A stretch of 64,000 nt of DNA from Alphaproteobacteria bacterium (GTDB lineage: Bacteria > Pseudomonadota > Alphaproteobacteria > GCA-2731375), in assembly GCA_965225945.1 (NCBI GenBank), contig CBDDBZ010000034.1, forward strand, positions 96,001 to 160,000. The letters are read 5' to 3'. Below, piece by piece: positions 18,865-30,873 of this stretch. Within the stretch, counting starts at the first letter, position 1, and each line of letters starts with the position of its first letter. The translations under genes were made by a program, and so were the position numbers. Below the pieces are notes generated by a model. The model made no database searches. It was not told where the DNA came from and was given only the letters and a program-made list of their open reading frames with translations.

Positions 18865-20130
18865 ATGAAAGTCATGCAGTATGCGGCCATCGCGGTGGGC
18901 GGCCTGCTCGCGGCGAGCGTGATGGGGCAGGTGAGCGAGCTCGCCGCGCAACCCAAGGAAGTTCGAATCGGGGTGCTCTACCCCCTGACCGGCGCGGTGG
19001 CGAAGGCCGGCAACGACGTGCTGGCCGCCGCCAAGACCGCGCTCGACATCGTCAACAACAAGCACGATCTGGATCTGCTGCTGGCCCGCACCGAGGGCCT
19101 GCCGAACCTGGGCGGCGCCAAGGTGCGCTTCATCATCGCCGACCATCAGGGCAAGCCCGAGATCGGCCGCGCCGAGGCCGAGCGGCTGATCACCCAGGAG
19201 AAGGTGGTGGCGCTCTACGGCGCCTATCATTCCAGCGTCTCGGCCGCCGCCAGCAACGTCGCGGAGCGGATGCAAATCCCCTTCCTCACCGGTGAATCCT
19301 CCTCGCCCAAGCTGCACCGGCGGGGCTTCAAGTGGTTCTTCCGGGCCGGCCCGCACGACGGCCACTACACCAAGACCATGTTCGACTTCATGCGCGACTT
19401 CGCCAAGAAGAAGGGCATCGAAATCAAATCCGTCGCGATCATGCACGAGGACACACAGTTCGGCGTCGATAGCGCCCGGGTGCAGGAGGAGCTCGCCAAG
19501 GAAGCCGGCTTGGAGGTCAAGTTGAAGATGGCGTACCGCTCCAAGACGACCTCGCTGGTCGCCGAGATACAAAAGCTGAAGGCGGCCAACGCCGACGTCT
19601 TCATGCCGACCTCCTATACCACGGACGCGCTGTTGTTCATGCGCACGGCGAAGGAGCTGAACTATCTGCCCAAGCTGATCATCGCCCAGAATGCCGGCTT
19701 CTCCGACAACTCCTTCATGGAGATCATGGGCAAGCGGGCGAACGGCATCATCTCGCGCTCGCCCTTCTCGGTCGACATGGTCGAGAAGCTCCCGGTGCTG
19801 AAGAAGGTGAACGAGATCTATCACAAGTATTCCGGTGGGCACGATATCTACGAGCCGATCCGCAGTTTCGTCGGCGCCTGGATCCTGATGGAGGCGATCA
19901 ACCGGGCGGGCTCCGCCGATCCGCGCAAGATCCGCGATGCCCTGCGCGCGACCGACATGGCCGAGGGCGACGTGCCGATGCCCTGGAAGGGCGTCAAGTT
20001 CGGGGCCGACGGCCAGAACAACCTGGTCAGCACGGTGATGATTCAGGTGCACGACGGCGCCTATCAGTCGATCTACCCGTTCAACGTGGCGGCGAAGGAC
20101 GTGATCTACCCCTTCCCCGCCTGGGAATAG
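18865..20130 (+). CDS. ABC transporter substrate-binding protein (LivJ/K-like), divergent from the permeases
   Basis: Signal peptide, IGVLYPLTG, GAYHSSV, WFFR. Confidence 0.9.
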   Translation: MKVMQYAAIAVGGLLAASVMGQVSELAAQPKEVRIGVLYPLTGAVAKAGNDVLAAAKTALDIVNNKHDLDLLLARTEGLPNLGGAKVRFIIADHQGKPEIGRAEAERLITQEKVVALYGAYHSSVSAAASNVAERMQIPFLTGESSSPKLHRRGFKWFFRAGPHDGHYTKTMFDFMRDFAKKKGIEIKSVAIMHEDTQFGVDSARVQEELAKEAGLEVKLKMAYRSKTTSLVAEIQKLKAANADVFMPTSYTTDALLFMRTAKELNYLPKLIIAQNAGFSDNSFMEIMGKRANGIISRSPFSVDMVEKLPVLKKVNEIYHKYSGGHDIYEPIRSFVGAWILMEAINRAGSADPRKIRDALRATDMAEGDVPMPWKGVKFGADGQNNLVSTVMIQVHDGAYQSIYPFNVAAKDVIYPFPAWE

Positions 20131-20225
20131 CGCGCGCGGATCGTAACTCCGAGTGTGTCGGGAGGGCGGGATCGCCGGATTCCGCCCCCTCGATTTCCGG
20201 CTTCGTAAAGTCGATCCTTGGCGGA

Positions 20226-21833
<1,608 letters not shown>

Positions 21834-22026
21834 TGTCGCTTCCTCCCCGCCGAAGGGGTCGCGCGCGAACGTGACGGACGCTTATACGTCGACCGAGGTG
21901 TACGGCCAGCGTCCCCCCAACTGCCTCACCCGTTCTATACGTGAGCGATGTCGGACTGACAACACTTCGGCGTCAAATCGGCCGTCGACGGTGGCGGCCT
22001 ACCGCCCGTGGGCGGCGTAAACGCTC

Positions 22027-22770
22027 TCAATTCATCGCCGAATTCCGCGCTCGCCGTGTCAGCCGCACCAATTGGCGCCGAGCCTCCTCGGCGTCCCTTG
22101 CCTCGGCCTCGAAGGTGAGCCTCGCCACCTCGCCGCCGCGCCGGAGATCGCAGCCGACCGAATCGCAGCCGGTCATGGACCACCCCTCGCCAACGAGGCC
22201 GAGTAGACGCTCGGCACATAGGTCGATGGCGTGGCCATGATCCTCGTTCATGTGGGCGACGATTGCCCCCTCGGCCTCGACGAGGGGGGCTTCCAGCGCC
22301 GCCGGGACGAGCAGCTCGCCGGCCTCGATCGAGTTGATGCGACCGAATCCAGCGACCAGATGGGCGCGCTCCACGACCAAGCGATAGAAGGCGAAGTCGG
22401 CGAAGTCGGCATAGCCGGCGGCGTCGGGATGGCGGGCGAGGAAGCGGGCGCGGTGGCGCGCCGCCTCGCTCACGCGGGCGCGCGCGTGGACGCTCAGACG
22501 CGGCCCGCTCAGACGGCTCTCGAGGCCCGGCGTGCCGTCTAGCAGCAAGCAGACCCGGTCGTCCGCCGCGATGTTTCGCGTGTGCTCCGCCAGCTCGGAC
22601 AGCAGCAGGAGGGGTGAGAGATCGTGATCGACGGCGAGCAGGACGAGCGAGGCGTTGGGTCCGCCATCGTCGCGCCGAAGCGTCGCCAGGGAGGCCACCT
22701 CGCGGCTGCGCAACAGCGCGCGTGCCGCCTGGATCGCGACCGCGCGGTCCTTGGCCCCCTCCCGGCTCAC
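22027..22770 (-). CDS. HugZ-like pyridoxamine 5'-phosphate oxidase family protein
   Basis: LSELAEHTRNI, FLARHP, HLVAGFG, HMNEDH; start estimated. Confidence 0.85.
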   Translation of the reverse strand: MSREGAKDRAVAIQAARALLRSREVASLATLRRDDGGPNASLVLLAVDHDLSPLLLLSELAEHTRNIAADDRVCLLLDGTPGLESRLSGPRLSVHARARVSEAARHRARFLARHPDAAGYADFADFAFYRLVVERAHLVAGFGRINSIEAGELLVPAALEAPLVEAEGAIVAHMNEDHGHAIDLCAERLLGLVGEGWSMTGCDSVGCDLRRGGEVARLTFEAEARDAEEARRQLVRLTRRARNSAMN

Positions 22771-22785
22771 GACTATGGTCCCGCC

Positions 22786-24165
22786 ATGATCGAGAGCGAC
22801 GGCAAATTCGAAGCCCCCGGACGGGCTCCGCAGACGCCGTGGCGGGCGCAGTTCGGGCGCCTGGCGCGGCTCGCCACGCCCATCGCCCTCTCTCGCCTCG
22901 CGATGCTGCTCATCGTCATCGAGGATATCGTCTTTCTCGGCCACGTCGACAGTCTCGAGCTCGCGCATTACGGCATCGCCAACGCGGTCTTCATGGTCCT
23001 GTTGCTGAGCGGCGTGGGCATGTCGATCGGCGTCGTCGTGCTGACCTCGCAGACGCTCGGCGCCGGCGAGGGCGAGACGGCGGTCACGGTGTTCGGTGTC
23101 GGCATGGCGCACGCGGTGCTAATGGGCGCGGCGGCCGTCCTGCTGGCCTTCGCCGGCGAGCGAATTTTCCTAGCGATCGGCCACGCCCCGGAACTCGCCG
23201 CCGGCTCCGGGCGGGCCCTCGAGGTGTTGGCGTTCGGTATTCCGGGCGCCTTGATCTTCACCGTCGCCACCTTGTTCCTGGAAGCCTTCGGGCGTCCCCA
23301 TGCCGGTGTCGTGGTGATGATCGCCGCCAATCTCGTCAACATCGCGCTCAACGTCTGGCTGCTGGACTCAGGCCCGGACCTCGGGCTGGACCCGGCCGAG
23401 GCGGTGGCGCTGGCCTCGACGATCGCGCGGGTCGCGATGGCGCTCGCCATGGTGGTTCATGTCCTGGCACGGGCCGCGCGGATGACGATCGGTTCCTTCG
23501 ATCTGAACGCCGTGCTGGCGGTCAGCCGCAAGCTCAGGCGCATCGGTTATGCGATGGGTCTCGCCCAGGGCCTCGAATCGCTGGCCTTCGCCAGCCTTAC
23601 GATCGTCTCCGGCTACCTCGGCGCAACCGCGGTCGCGGCCTTCCAGGTGATCATGCAGTTCATGGCCTTCGCCTTCATGGGCGCGGTCGGGGTAGCCACG
23701 GCGACGGCGGTCGAGGTCGGACGCGCCGTCGGGCGCGGCGATCGGCTCGGGATCCGACGCGCCGGTTGGTGCGGGCTCGGCGTCATTACGTTTTACATGG
23801 GGGCCGTGACGCTTCTCTTGGTGCTCGCGCCCGAGGCCTTGACCCAGGCGCTCACCTCCGATCGGGAGGTCGTGGCGCTCGCGCTGCCGGCCCTCTTCGT
23901 CGTCGCCTTCATGCTGATCCCGGACGGCGCCCAGGGTGTCTTGATGGGCGCGCTGCGCGGCACCGGCGATGCCTGGGTGCCGACGGTGATGCACCTCTTC
24001 GCCTTCCTGGTGGTCATGGTGCCGGCGGCCAGGCTGCTGGCGATCGAGGCGGGCCTGGGCGTCGGCGGGCTGATCGGCGGGACGCTGTTGGGGGTCTCCC
24101 TCGCCACGGTGCTGCTGGCGGCGCGGTTCTGGGTGATAAGCGGGCGCGATGTCCGCCCGCTCTGA
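22786..24165 (+). CDS. MATE family efflux transporter
   Basis: About 12 hydrophobic segments, LATPIAL, DGAQGVLMGALRGTGD. Confidence 0.88.
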   Translation: MIESDGKFEAPGRAPQTPWRAQFGRLARLATPIALSRLAMLLIVIEDIVFLGHVDSLELAHYGIANAVFMVLLLSGVGMSIGVVVLTSQTLGAGEGETAVTVFGVGMAHAVLMGAAAVLLAFAGERIFLAIGHAPELAAGSGRALEVLAFGIPGALIFTVATLFLEAFGRPHAGVVVMIAANLVNIALNVWLLDSGPDLGLDPAEAVALASTIARVAMALAMVVHVLARAARMTIGSFDLNAVLAVSRKLRRIGYAMGLAQGLESLAFASLTIVSGYLGATAVAAFQVIMQFMAFAFMGAVGVATATAVEVGRAVGRGDRLGIRRAGWCGLGVITFYMGAVTLLLVLAPEALTQALTSDREVVALALPALFVVAFMLIPDGAQGVLMGALRGTGDAWVPTVMHLFAFLVVMVPAARLLAIEAGLGVGGLIGGTLLGVSLATVLLAARFWVISGRDVRPL

Positions 24166-24339
24166 GGGGGAGCGGGGCGGGCGAGGACCATGTTCGTTGG
24201 CATGGCTCCCCTTCCCTGGACAAGGCCCGAGACCGCCTCGAATCGGCCCCCTGGCGGCCACGAAAGCGCCATATTGCCGGGTGAGGCTGAAATCGACCAT
24301 CGCCGGCCCTACATAATGCGAGGTCAAGGGGGAGAACCG

Positions 24340-25041
24340 ATGGCGACAACGATCGCGCTCGTCGACGACGACCAAAACATTCTCGCTTCGGTCTCGATGG
24401 CGCTCGAAGCGGAAGGCTTCAAGGTCAGAACCTACAGCGACGGCGCCAGCGCGCTGCGCGAGTTGAGCCAGCGCCCGGCCGACCTCGGCGTCTTCGACAT
24501 CAAGATGCCCGGGCTGGACGGCATGGACCTGCTCGCCCGATTGCGTCGCGACAGCACCATGCCGGTGATCTTCCTCACCTCGAAGGACGACGAGACCGAC
24601 GAGGTGCTGGGCTTGAAGATGGGCGCCGACGACTACATCCGGAAGCCCTTCTCCCAGCGCCTGCTGATCGAACGCATCCGGGCGGTACTGCGGCGCAGCG
24701 AGGAATTGGGCCCGGCCGGCGCGAGCGGCGAGGCCGCCAAGGCGATCCGGCGGGGCGAGCTCAGCCTCGATCCTGTGCGCCACGTCTGCACCTGGAAGGG
24801 CGAGACGCTTCAGCTCACCGTCACCGAGTTCCTGATCCTGCAGTCGCTGGTGCTCCATCCGGGCCACGTGAAGACGCGCGATCAGTTGATGGACGCCGCC
24901 TACGACGACAACGTCTATGTCGACGACCGGACCATCGACAGCCACATCAAACGCCTCAGGCGCAAGTTCAAGGAGGCGGATCCCGAGTTCGGCGCCATCA
25001 CGACGCTTTACGGCCTCGGGTACCGCTTTCAGGTGGAATAG
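24340..25041 (+). CDS. chvI: Two-component response regulator ChvI
   Basis: [34 protein letters not shown]; synteny with pckA and chvG. Confidence 0.92.
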   Translation: MATTIALVDDDQNILASVSMALEAEGFKVRTYSDGASALRELSQRPADLGVFDIKMPGLDGMDLLARLRRDSTMPVIFLTSKDDETDEVLGLKMGADDYIRKPFSQRLLIERIRAVLRRSEELGPAGASGEAAKAIRRGELSLDPVRHVCTWKGETLQLTVTEFLILQSLVLHPGHVKTRDQLMDAAYDDNVYVDDRTIDSHIKRLRRKFKEADPEFGAITTLYGLGYRFQVE

Positions 25042-25043
25042 CG

Positions 25044-26714
25044 ATGGAAGGAGCGTCGAGAGTGGCGTTCGGCGGGCCCGGACCGAGGCCAACGGCCATC
25101 GCGGCGCCCCCGCTCTCCCGTGGCGCCGCCGACCGCAAGCGCCGCTTCAGCTCGCTCACGCTCCGTATCCTGGCGCCAAACGTCTTGGCGCTGGCGATCC
25201 TGGTGGGTGGTGTCTTCTATCTCGATCACTATCGCGGCGGCCTGCTGGACGCGAAGATCGCCTCGTTGCAGACCCAGGCCGAAGTGTTGGCCAGCGCGGT
25301 GGCGGAAAGCGCCCTCACGGGCCCGCCGGAAGCCCGCGTCGTCGATGCCGTCGCCGCCGGCCGCATCCTCAGCCGCCTGATCGTGCCGACGGGAACGCGC
25401 GCGCGCCTCTTCCATCGCGACGGCCGCCTGATCGCCGACAGCCGCCTCCTCGTCTCCGCCGGGCGGGACGTCCAGCTCAAGTTCCTGGCCCCGCGCGAGG
25501 ACGGCGATCTCGCCACCGAGCTCTTGTCGGAGCTCTACGACTGGGTCCTGCCCAGGCTGCCGAGCCGGGGCAGCTTCCCGCCTTACCGCGAACGGATCGA
25601 CCAGCGGGCGGGCGATTATGGCGAGACGGCGGGCGCGCTCGCCGGCGAGATCGGCGGCGCCATCCGCCAGGACGAGGAGGGCGGGCTGATCCTCTCCGTC
25701 GCCGCGCCGGTGCGCGAGCTCCATGGCGTGCTCGGCGCCCTGATGCTGACCGCGGACGGACGCGACATCGCCGAAAACGTGCGGCGGGTCCGCGTCGGGG
25801 TCCTGGAGGTCTTCGCGGTCAGCCTCGCCATCACGGTGCTGTTGTCGATGTTCCTCGCCGGCACCATCGCTCGGCCGGTCCGCCGCCTCGCCCGGGCCGC
25901 TGATCAAGTGCGCCGCTGGCGCGGGCAGCGGGTGGTGATCCCCGACCTGCGCAACCGCAAGGACGAAATCGGCGATCTCTCGGCGGCGCTCGGTGCCATG
26001 ACCGAGGCGCTCTACGCCCGGCTCGACGCGATCGACGCCTTCGCCGCCGACGTCGCGCACGAGCTGAGGAATCCCCTGAGCTCGCTACGCAGTGCGGTGG
26101 AGACGCTCTCGGCCACCGCCACGCCCGAACAGCGCCAGCGCCTCTTCGAGATCATCAAGCAGGACATCGACCGCCTCGACCGGCTGATCAGCGAGATCTC
26201 CGACGCCAGCCGCATCGACGCCGAGATGTCGCGGGCCGAGGCCGAGCCGTTCGACCTGACGGAACTGCTGGCGGCGCTGGCCGATGTGTATCGCGCGCGG
26301 CACGGCGAGACGGGCCCGGAATTCCGCCTGGAGCTGGCGGCTAGCGGGCCCCTGGTGATCGAGGGGTTGTCGAATCGCCTCGCGCAGGCGGTCGAGAACC
26401 TGTTGTCGAACGCCTATTCCTTCAGCCCGCGGGGCGGCGTGGTTCGGCTGTCGCTCAGCCGCGAGGCCGGCTTGGCCGTACTGGTGGTCGACGACGACGG
26501 CCCCGGCGTACCCGAGCGGGGCGCCGAGCGGATCTTCGAGCGCTTCTACAGCGCGCGCCCCAAGGGCGAGAGCTTCGGCCGCCATTCCGGCCTCGGCCTC
26601 TCCATCGCCAAGCAGATCGTGGAGGCGCACGGTGGCACCATCGAGGCCGGCAATCGCCACGACGAGAGCGGCACGATACTGGGCGCGCGCTTCGTGGTCC
26701 GGTTGCCGATCTGA
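25044..26714 (+). CDS. chvG: Sensor histidine kinase ChvG
   Basis: SSLTLRIL, HAMP, DVAHELRNPLSSLRSAVE, FGRHSGLGLSI. Confidence 0.92.
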   Translation: MEGASRVAFGGPGPRPTAIAAPPLSRGAADRKRRFSSLTLRILAPNVLALAILVGGVFYLDHYRGGLLDAKIASLQTQAEVLASAVAESALTGPPEARVVDAVAAGRILSRLIVPTGTRARLFHRDGRLIADSRLLVSAGRDVQLKFLAPREDGDLATELLSELYDWVLPRLPSRGSFPPYRERIDQRAGDYGETAGALAGEIGGAIRQDEEGGLILSVAAPVRELHGVLGALMLTADGRDIAENVRRVRVGVLEVFAVSLAITVLLSMFLAGTIARPVRRLARAADQVRRWRGQRVVIPDLRNRKDEIGDLSAALGAMTEALYARLDAIDAFAADVAHELRNPLSSLRSAVETLSATATPEQRQRLFEIIKQDIDRLDRLISEISDASRIDAEMSRAEAEPFDLTELLAALADVYRARHGETGPEFRLELAASGPLVIEGLSNRLAQAVENLLSNAYSFSPRGGVVRLSLSREAGLAVLVVDDDGPGVPERGAERIFERFYSARPKGESFGRHSGLGLSIAKQIVEAHGGTIEAGNRHDESGTILGARFVVRLPI

Positions 26715-26782
26715 GGTCCGCCACCCGTCGCCGCGCCCGTCGTCGTTGACGCCGCCCGATCGGCCTTGCAGGCTCGGCCCCG

Positions 26783-27232
26783 ATGACATTGATCCACGCC
26801 ACCTGCGTCGAGTTCGAGGGCACGGGCGTGCTGCTCCGGGGGCCCAGCGGCGCCGGCAAGTCCGACCTCGCGCTCCGCATGATCGACGCCGGCTGGGCGC
26901 TGGTGTCGGACGATCAGGTCGATTTGGCGGTGCTCGGGCGCCGCCTCGAGGCGGCGCCGCCCCAGGCGCTGGCCGGTCTGCTGGAAGTCCGGGGCATCGG
27001 CCTGGTCCGCTTGCCCCATCGGGACCGAAGCTTCGTCGGCCTGGTCGCCGAGTTGGATCCGGCGGCGCCGATCGAGCGCATGCCGACCGCCCGCGATATC
27101 GAAATTCTCGGCGTGACCGTGGCGCTGGTCGCGCTCCGCGCCTTCGAGGCGTCCGCCCCGGCCAAGCTGCGGCTTGTCGCGCGCGGCCTCGACTTGCATA
27201 GTTGCGCGGAGCCAAAGCCCTACCGTCGATGA
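26783..27232 (+). CDS. hprK: HPr kinase/phosphorylase (short alphaproteobacterial form)
   Basis: HATCV, GPSGAGKSDLAL, LVSDD, LLEVRGIG. Confidence 0.88.
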   Translation: MTLIHATCVEFEGTGVLLRGPSGAGKSDLALRMIDAGWALVSDDQVDLAVLGRRLEAAPPQALAGLLEVRGIGLVRLPHRDRSFVGLVAELDPAAPIERMPTARDIEILGVTVALVALRAFEASAPAKLRLVARGLDLHSCAEPKPYRR

Positions 27233-28155
27233 CAGCCGAGATGAGCCCCTGCCGCGAGACCGCCGAGCCTTTTCGCGTCCTCCTGGTGACGGGCATGTCC
27301 GGCGCCGGCAAGACCGCCGCGCTGAAGAGCCTCGAGGATCTCGGCTACGAGGTCGTCGACAACCTGCCCCTCAACCTGGTCGGCCGCCTGGTCGACCCGG
27401 CCAGCATCCGCGCCGGCGGCCACGAGGCGATCGCCATCGGCGTCGATTTTCGCACCCGGGGGTTCGAGGCGGAAATTTTCGCCCGGATCCTGGCACCACT
27501 CCGCGCCCGCGCGGACGTGCGTCTCGGCGTGTTGTTCCTCGATTGCGACGACGAGATCCTGGCCCGCCGCTTCGCGGAAACACGCCACCGCCACCCGCTG
27601 GGAGACGACCGGCCGGTCGCCGACTCCATCCGTCAGGAACGCCGGGCGATGCGCCCGATCATCGAACTGGCCGACGTCGTGGTCGACACCTCGCCGCTCA
27701 CCATCCACGATCTGAAGCGGCGCCTGGAGGCGGAATATCGGCTCGACTCGACGCGCCCGATGGCCGTGCAGATCCTGTCCTTCTCCTACCGCTTCGGCGT
27801 GCCGAGGGAAGCCGATCTCGTGTTCGATGCCCGCTTCCTCGCCAATCCCCATTACGACGAGACGCTCAGGCCGTTGGACGGCCGCGACCCCCCGGTGGCG
27901 CGGCACATCGAGGCGGACCCGGCCTACGCGCCCTTTTTCGACAAGGTGGCGGACCTGCTGCGGATGGTCCTGCCGTTGCACCGGCGGGAAGGAAAGAGCT
28001 ATTTGACGATCGCGATCGGCTGTACCGGCGGGCGACACCGCTCGGTCTTCCTTTGCGAGAGCATTGCGCACGCGCTCGGCGCGGACGGTAACGAGGTCGA
28101 GATTCGCCATCGCGACCTGGCGGTCGGCGAGAAGGAGGGGGCGAGGCGGGCATGA
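27229..28155 (+). CDS. rapZ: RNase adapter RapZ (YvcJ family P-loop protein)
   Basis: TGMSGAGK, VDNLP, FDARFLANP, GCTGGRHRSV. Confidence 0.92.
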   Translation: MTAEMSPCRETAEPFRVLLVTGMSGAGKTAALKSLEDLGYEVVDNLPLNLVGRLVDPASIRAGGHEAIAIGVDFRTRGFEAEIFARILAPLRARADVRLGVLFLDCDDEILARRFAETRHRHPLGDDRPVADSIRQERRAMRPIIELADVVVDTSPLTIHDLKRRLEAEYRLDSTRPMAVQILSFSYRFGVPREADLVFDARFLANPHYDETLRPLDGRDPPVARHIEADPAYAPFFDKVADLLRMVLPLHRREGKSYLTIAIGCTGGRHRSVFLCESIAHALGADGNEVEIRHRDLAVGEKEGARRA

Positions 28156-28559
28156 TCGGCATCGTACTGGTGACCCACGGCCGCTTGGCCGAAGAGTTCG
28201 TGGCCGCGCTGGAACATGTGGTCGGTCCGCAGGAGGCGATCCGAACCGTGTGCATCGGCCCCGACGACGACATGGAGGCGCGCCGCCGCGAGATCCTCGA
28301 CGCGGTGCGGGAGGTCGATCAGGGCGACGGCGTCATCCTGCTCACCGACATGTTCGGCGGCACGCCGTCGAACCTGGCGATCAGCATGTTGGATCACGGC
28401 AAGGTCGAGGTCGTCGCCGGCATGAACCTGCCGATGCTGATCAAGCTGACCAGCGTCAGGACCACGTCGAATTTGCCGGCGGCCGTGGAACAGGCGCAAG
28501 AGTCCGGGCGCAAGTACATCAACGTCGCCTCGAAGCTTCTGTCGGGCGACGACATTTGA
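28152..28559 (+). CDS. PTS EIIA component, mannose/fructose family
   Basis: MIGIVLVTHG, DMFGGTPSN, GMNLPML. Confidence 0.93.
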   Translation: MIGIVLVTHGRLAEEFVAALEHVVGPQEAIRTVCIGPDDDMEARRREILDAVREVDQGDGVILLTDMFGGTPSNLAISMLDHGKVEVVAGMNLPMLIKLTSVRTTSNLPAAVEQAQESGRKYINVASKLLSGDDI

Positions 28560-28849
28560 CGCCGGAAGGGGACGCGGCGGTCACCTTGCGAAGCGTGCTG
28601 ACCATCGTCAACGAGCGCGGCTTGCACGCGCGTGCCGCCGCCAAATTCGTCGAGTGCGCCGAGGCGCACGGCGCGGAGATCTGGGTCTCTCGCCTCGACA
28701 TGCGGGTGTCCGGCCGCTCGATTATGGGCCTGATGATGCTGGCGGCCGGGCTCGGCTGCGAGATCGTGGTGGAGGCGAACGGCGCCGGCGCGGCGGCCGC
28801 GATGGCGGCCATTACCGCCCTCGTCGGCGGCGGATTCGAAGAGGTATGA
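28556..28849 (+). CDS. ptsH: HPr family phosphocarrier protein
   Basis: IVNERGLHARAAAKF, SIMGLMML; start uncertain (TTG). Confidence 0.88.
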   Translation: MTPEGDAAVTLRSVLTIVNERGLHARAAAKFVECAEAHGAEIWVSRLDMRVSGRSIMGLMMLAAGLGCEIVVEANGAGAAAAMAAITALVGGGFEEV

Positions 28850-28884
28850 GCGCAGTGCCGAAATGCGGTCGCGCGCGAGCCGAT

Positions 28885-29313
28885 CTAACTCGAGCCCGTG
28901 AACGGGTTGCGGATCTCCACCCCGCCCAGCTTGCGTCCAGGCTGCATGTCTTCAGATAGGATGACGGCGCAGCCCGCCTCTCTGGCGGTGGCCCAGAGCA
29001 TGGCGTCCCAGAAAGATAGGCCGTGGTCGCGCATGGCCTCCGTGGCGGCATCGTAGTCGGCTCGGGTCGCCGCCGTGATGGGGAACAGGATTTGCCACGC
29101 GGTCGTGTATTCGATCGCCTCCGCGACGGTGGCGATGCTCTTGCGTGTCACGGCGTGGAAGAATTCACCGAGCGCCTGAACCGTCAGCCAGGCATCCCGT
29201 TCGGCGGACTCGAGGATAAGGTCACGGGCGAGGGTACGTTTTTCCCCAGCGTCCAGATCGACGGCGTAGATCAGGATGTTGGTGTCGAGCGTAAAACGGC
29301 CCTCAACGATCAT
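28885..29313 (-). CDS. vapC: PIN-domain toxin (VapC family)
   Basis: FTLDTNILIY, QALGEF, LSFWDAMLWA, LSEDM. Confidence 0.88.
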   Translation of the reverse strand: MIVEGRFTLDTNILIYAVDLDAGEKRTLARDLILESAERDAWLTVQALGEFFHAVTRKSIATVAEAIEYTTAWQILFPITAATRADYDAATEAMRDHGLSFWDAMLWATAREAGCAVILSEDMQPGRKLGGVEIRNPFTGSS

Positions 29314-29551
29314 GGAGCGCGTCCCGATCGACCCCACGACCGCCCAGATGGAAGCCGTTCTCCAACAGCGTTTTCATGCGTGCGTAGGCCGCATGCCACT
29401 CCGGTTCCGCCGTCCGATCCACGTCATGGCGCACCAGCCGGGCGACCGGGCGACCGTGTCGGGTAATCAGATATTCCTCACCGGTTTCCTCCAATTCCCG
29501 CACCAGCTTGGACAGGTCTTGGTTGGCTTCGCGCAGCGATACGGTTTTCAT
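29303..29551 (-). CDS. Phd/YefM family antitoxin
   Basis: MKTVSLREANQDLSKLV...ITRHGRPVARL; overlaps the PIN gene. Confidence 0.88.
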   Translation of the reverse strand: MKTVSLREANQDLSKLVRELEETGEEYLITRHGRPVARLVRHDVDRTAEPEWHAAYARMKTLLENGFHLGGRGVDRDALHDR

Positions 29552-29573
29552 TGCATAACTTTAATGTAGGAAT

Positions 29574-30691
29574 CTTGCCTATCCGGTTAACGCCCATGAC
29601 CGCTACATGTAGGGTGCCGCCACTCTCCCGAGTAAAGCTCGGCATAGGTTGGAGCAGAGGTGTCGCCCGCGATGCCGAGCAATGAGCGGAAGGCGTTGAA
29701 CGGGTAGAACCGCCTGTTGAAGCGGAAGGTGAACTCGTTGAGGTAGGCTTGTAGGTGCTGGTGGCTAACGCCGTGGTGGATACCGATCAGCCACGTCTTC
29801 AGGTTGGCGAAAACCAGATGGATGATCGGCAGGTATTGCTCGGCAACCTCTGGATCACCACCTCATCGCCATGAACTCGGCAACAGCGAAGTGCTCATAG
29901 CCGCGCTTACCGAGGCCAGCATAGCCGCTCCAATCGTCAGTAACGATCAGCGATCCCGGCGCGACGGTGCTCTCGACGAACCCACAGAGCGACTCGGCGC
30001 TACGGTCGAGCACGACGGCGAGCCGAACGCGTCCGGCATAGCGTCCGTCTTTCCGGTTGTCGAGCTTGGTGCCCGGCTTTCGATGACGCACCTCGATGGC
30101 ACAGGAGACGAGAACCTTGTGGTGAACACCACGGCCTTCCCCACGCGTTCGCCCGCCAACCCAGGTTTCGTCCACCTCAACATGGTTCTTGGGCTGTCCA
30201 CCGATCCTGTCTTGGTTGGGCCGCACCATGCCCGAGCGGAGCTTGTGGAGAATTTGAAAGGCCGTCTCGTAGCGCGAAAGACCAAGTTGCCGCTGAAACT
30301 GCACGGCGGACATGCCGGGCGTCTGACTGGCGACCAGATAAGCGGCCCAGAACCAGACGTTCAGCGGAGTGTGGCTACGCTCCATCACTGTTCCCACCGT
30401 CAGCCCGGTGTTCTGGCGGCACTTGCGGCAGCGCAGGACGCCAGGGCGGTTTTCAAAGTGGCACGGCTCTCCCGCCGTGCCGCAGTGCGGGCAGGCAAAG
30501 CCGTCTCCCCAGCGGGCTTTCTCCAGGTAGGCGGCGCAGGCCGCATCATCGGGGAAAAGTCGCTGGAACTCGGGTAGCGAATGCGGGAATGGGAGATCGG
30601 CGCGGTCGAGAACATCCATGGCGCGCTCCCCTATATCCGGTTTGCGCCCATTCTAGCCCTAGTGGGTGTGGGTGTAAACCGGATAGGCAAG
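29574..30691 (-). mobile_element. IS1595-family element (ISSod11-like ends)
   Basis: 15-bp TIR CTTGCCTATCCGGTT; 8-bp TSD GTAGGAAT (29566-29573 / 30692-30699). Confidence 0.92.
29587..30619 (-). pseudogene. IS1595 transposase, frameshifted near 29860-29880
   Basis: CPHC...CRKC zinc ribbon, VEVDET, VTDDW; C-terminal NLKTWL...HHGVS...YLNEFTFRFNRR continues in another frame. Confidence 0.85.
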
Positions 30692-30761
30692 GTAGGAATA
30701 TCCTACATATAGGGACAATGGTTTCCGGCGTCAATGCGCGGGCGGCCTCGGGACGTTAACG

Positions 30762-30781
30762 ATATAAAGATTTCCTTATGC
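30762..30781 (+). promoter_or_regulatory. Putative SahR-type operator upstream of ahcY
   Basis: Imperfect palindrome ATATAAAG-ATTT-CCTTATGC, resembling the ATAAAG-N4-CTTTAT type site known upstream of alphaproteobacterial SAM-cycle genes. Confidence 0.55.
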
Positions 30782-30873
30782 TTGCTATGTCGCCGTGGCG
30801 TTGCTATGTCCCCGGGCGTCGGCCGTGGCGCGCGACGCGACGCTAAAACGACGCCTCAATTCAGGAGTAGACC

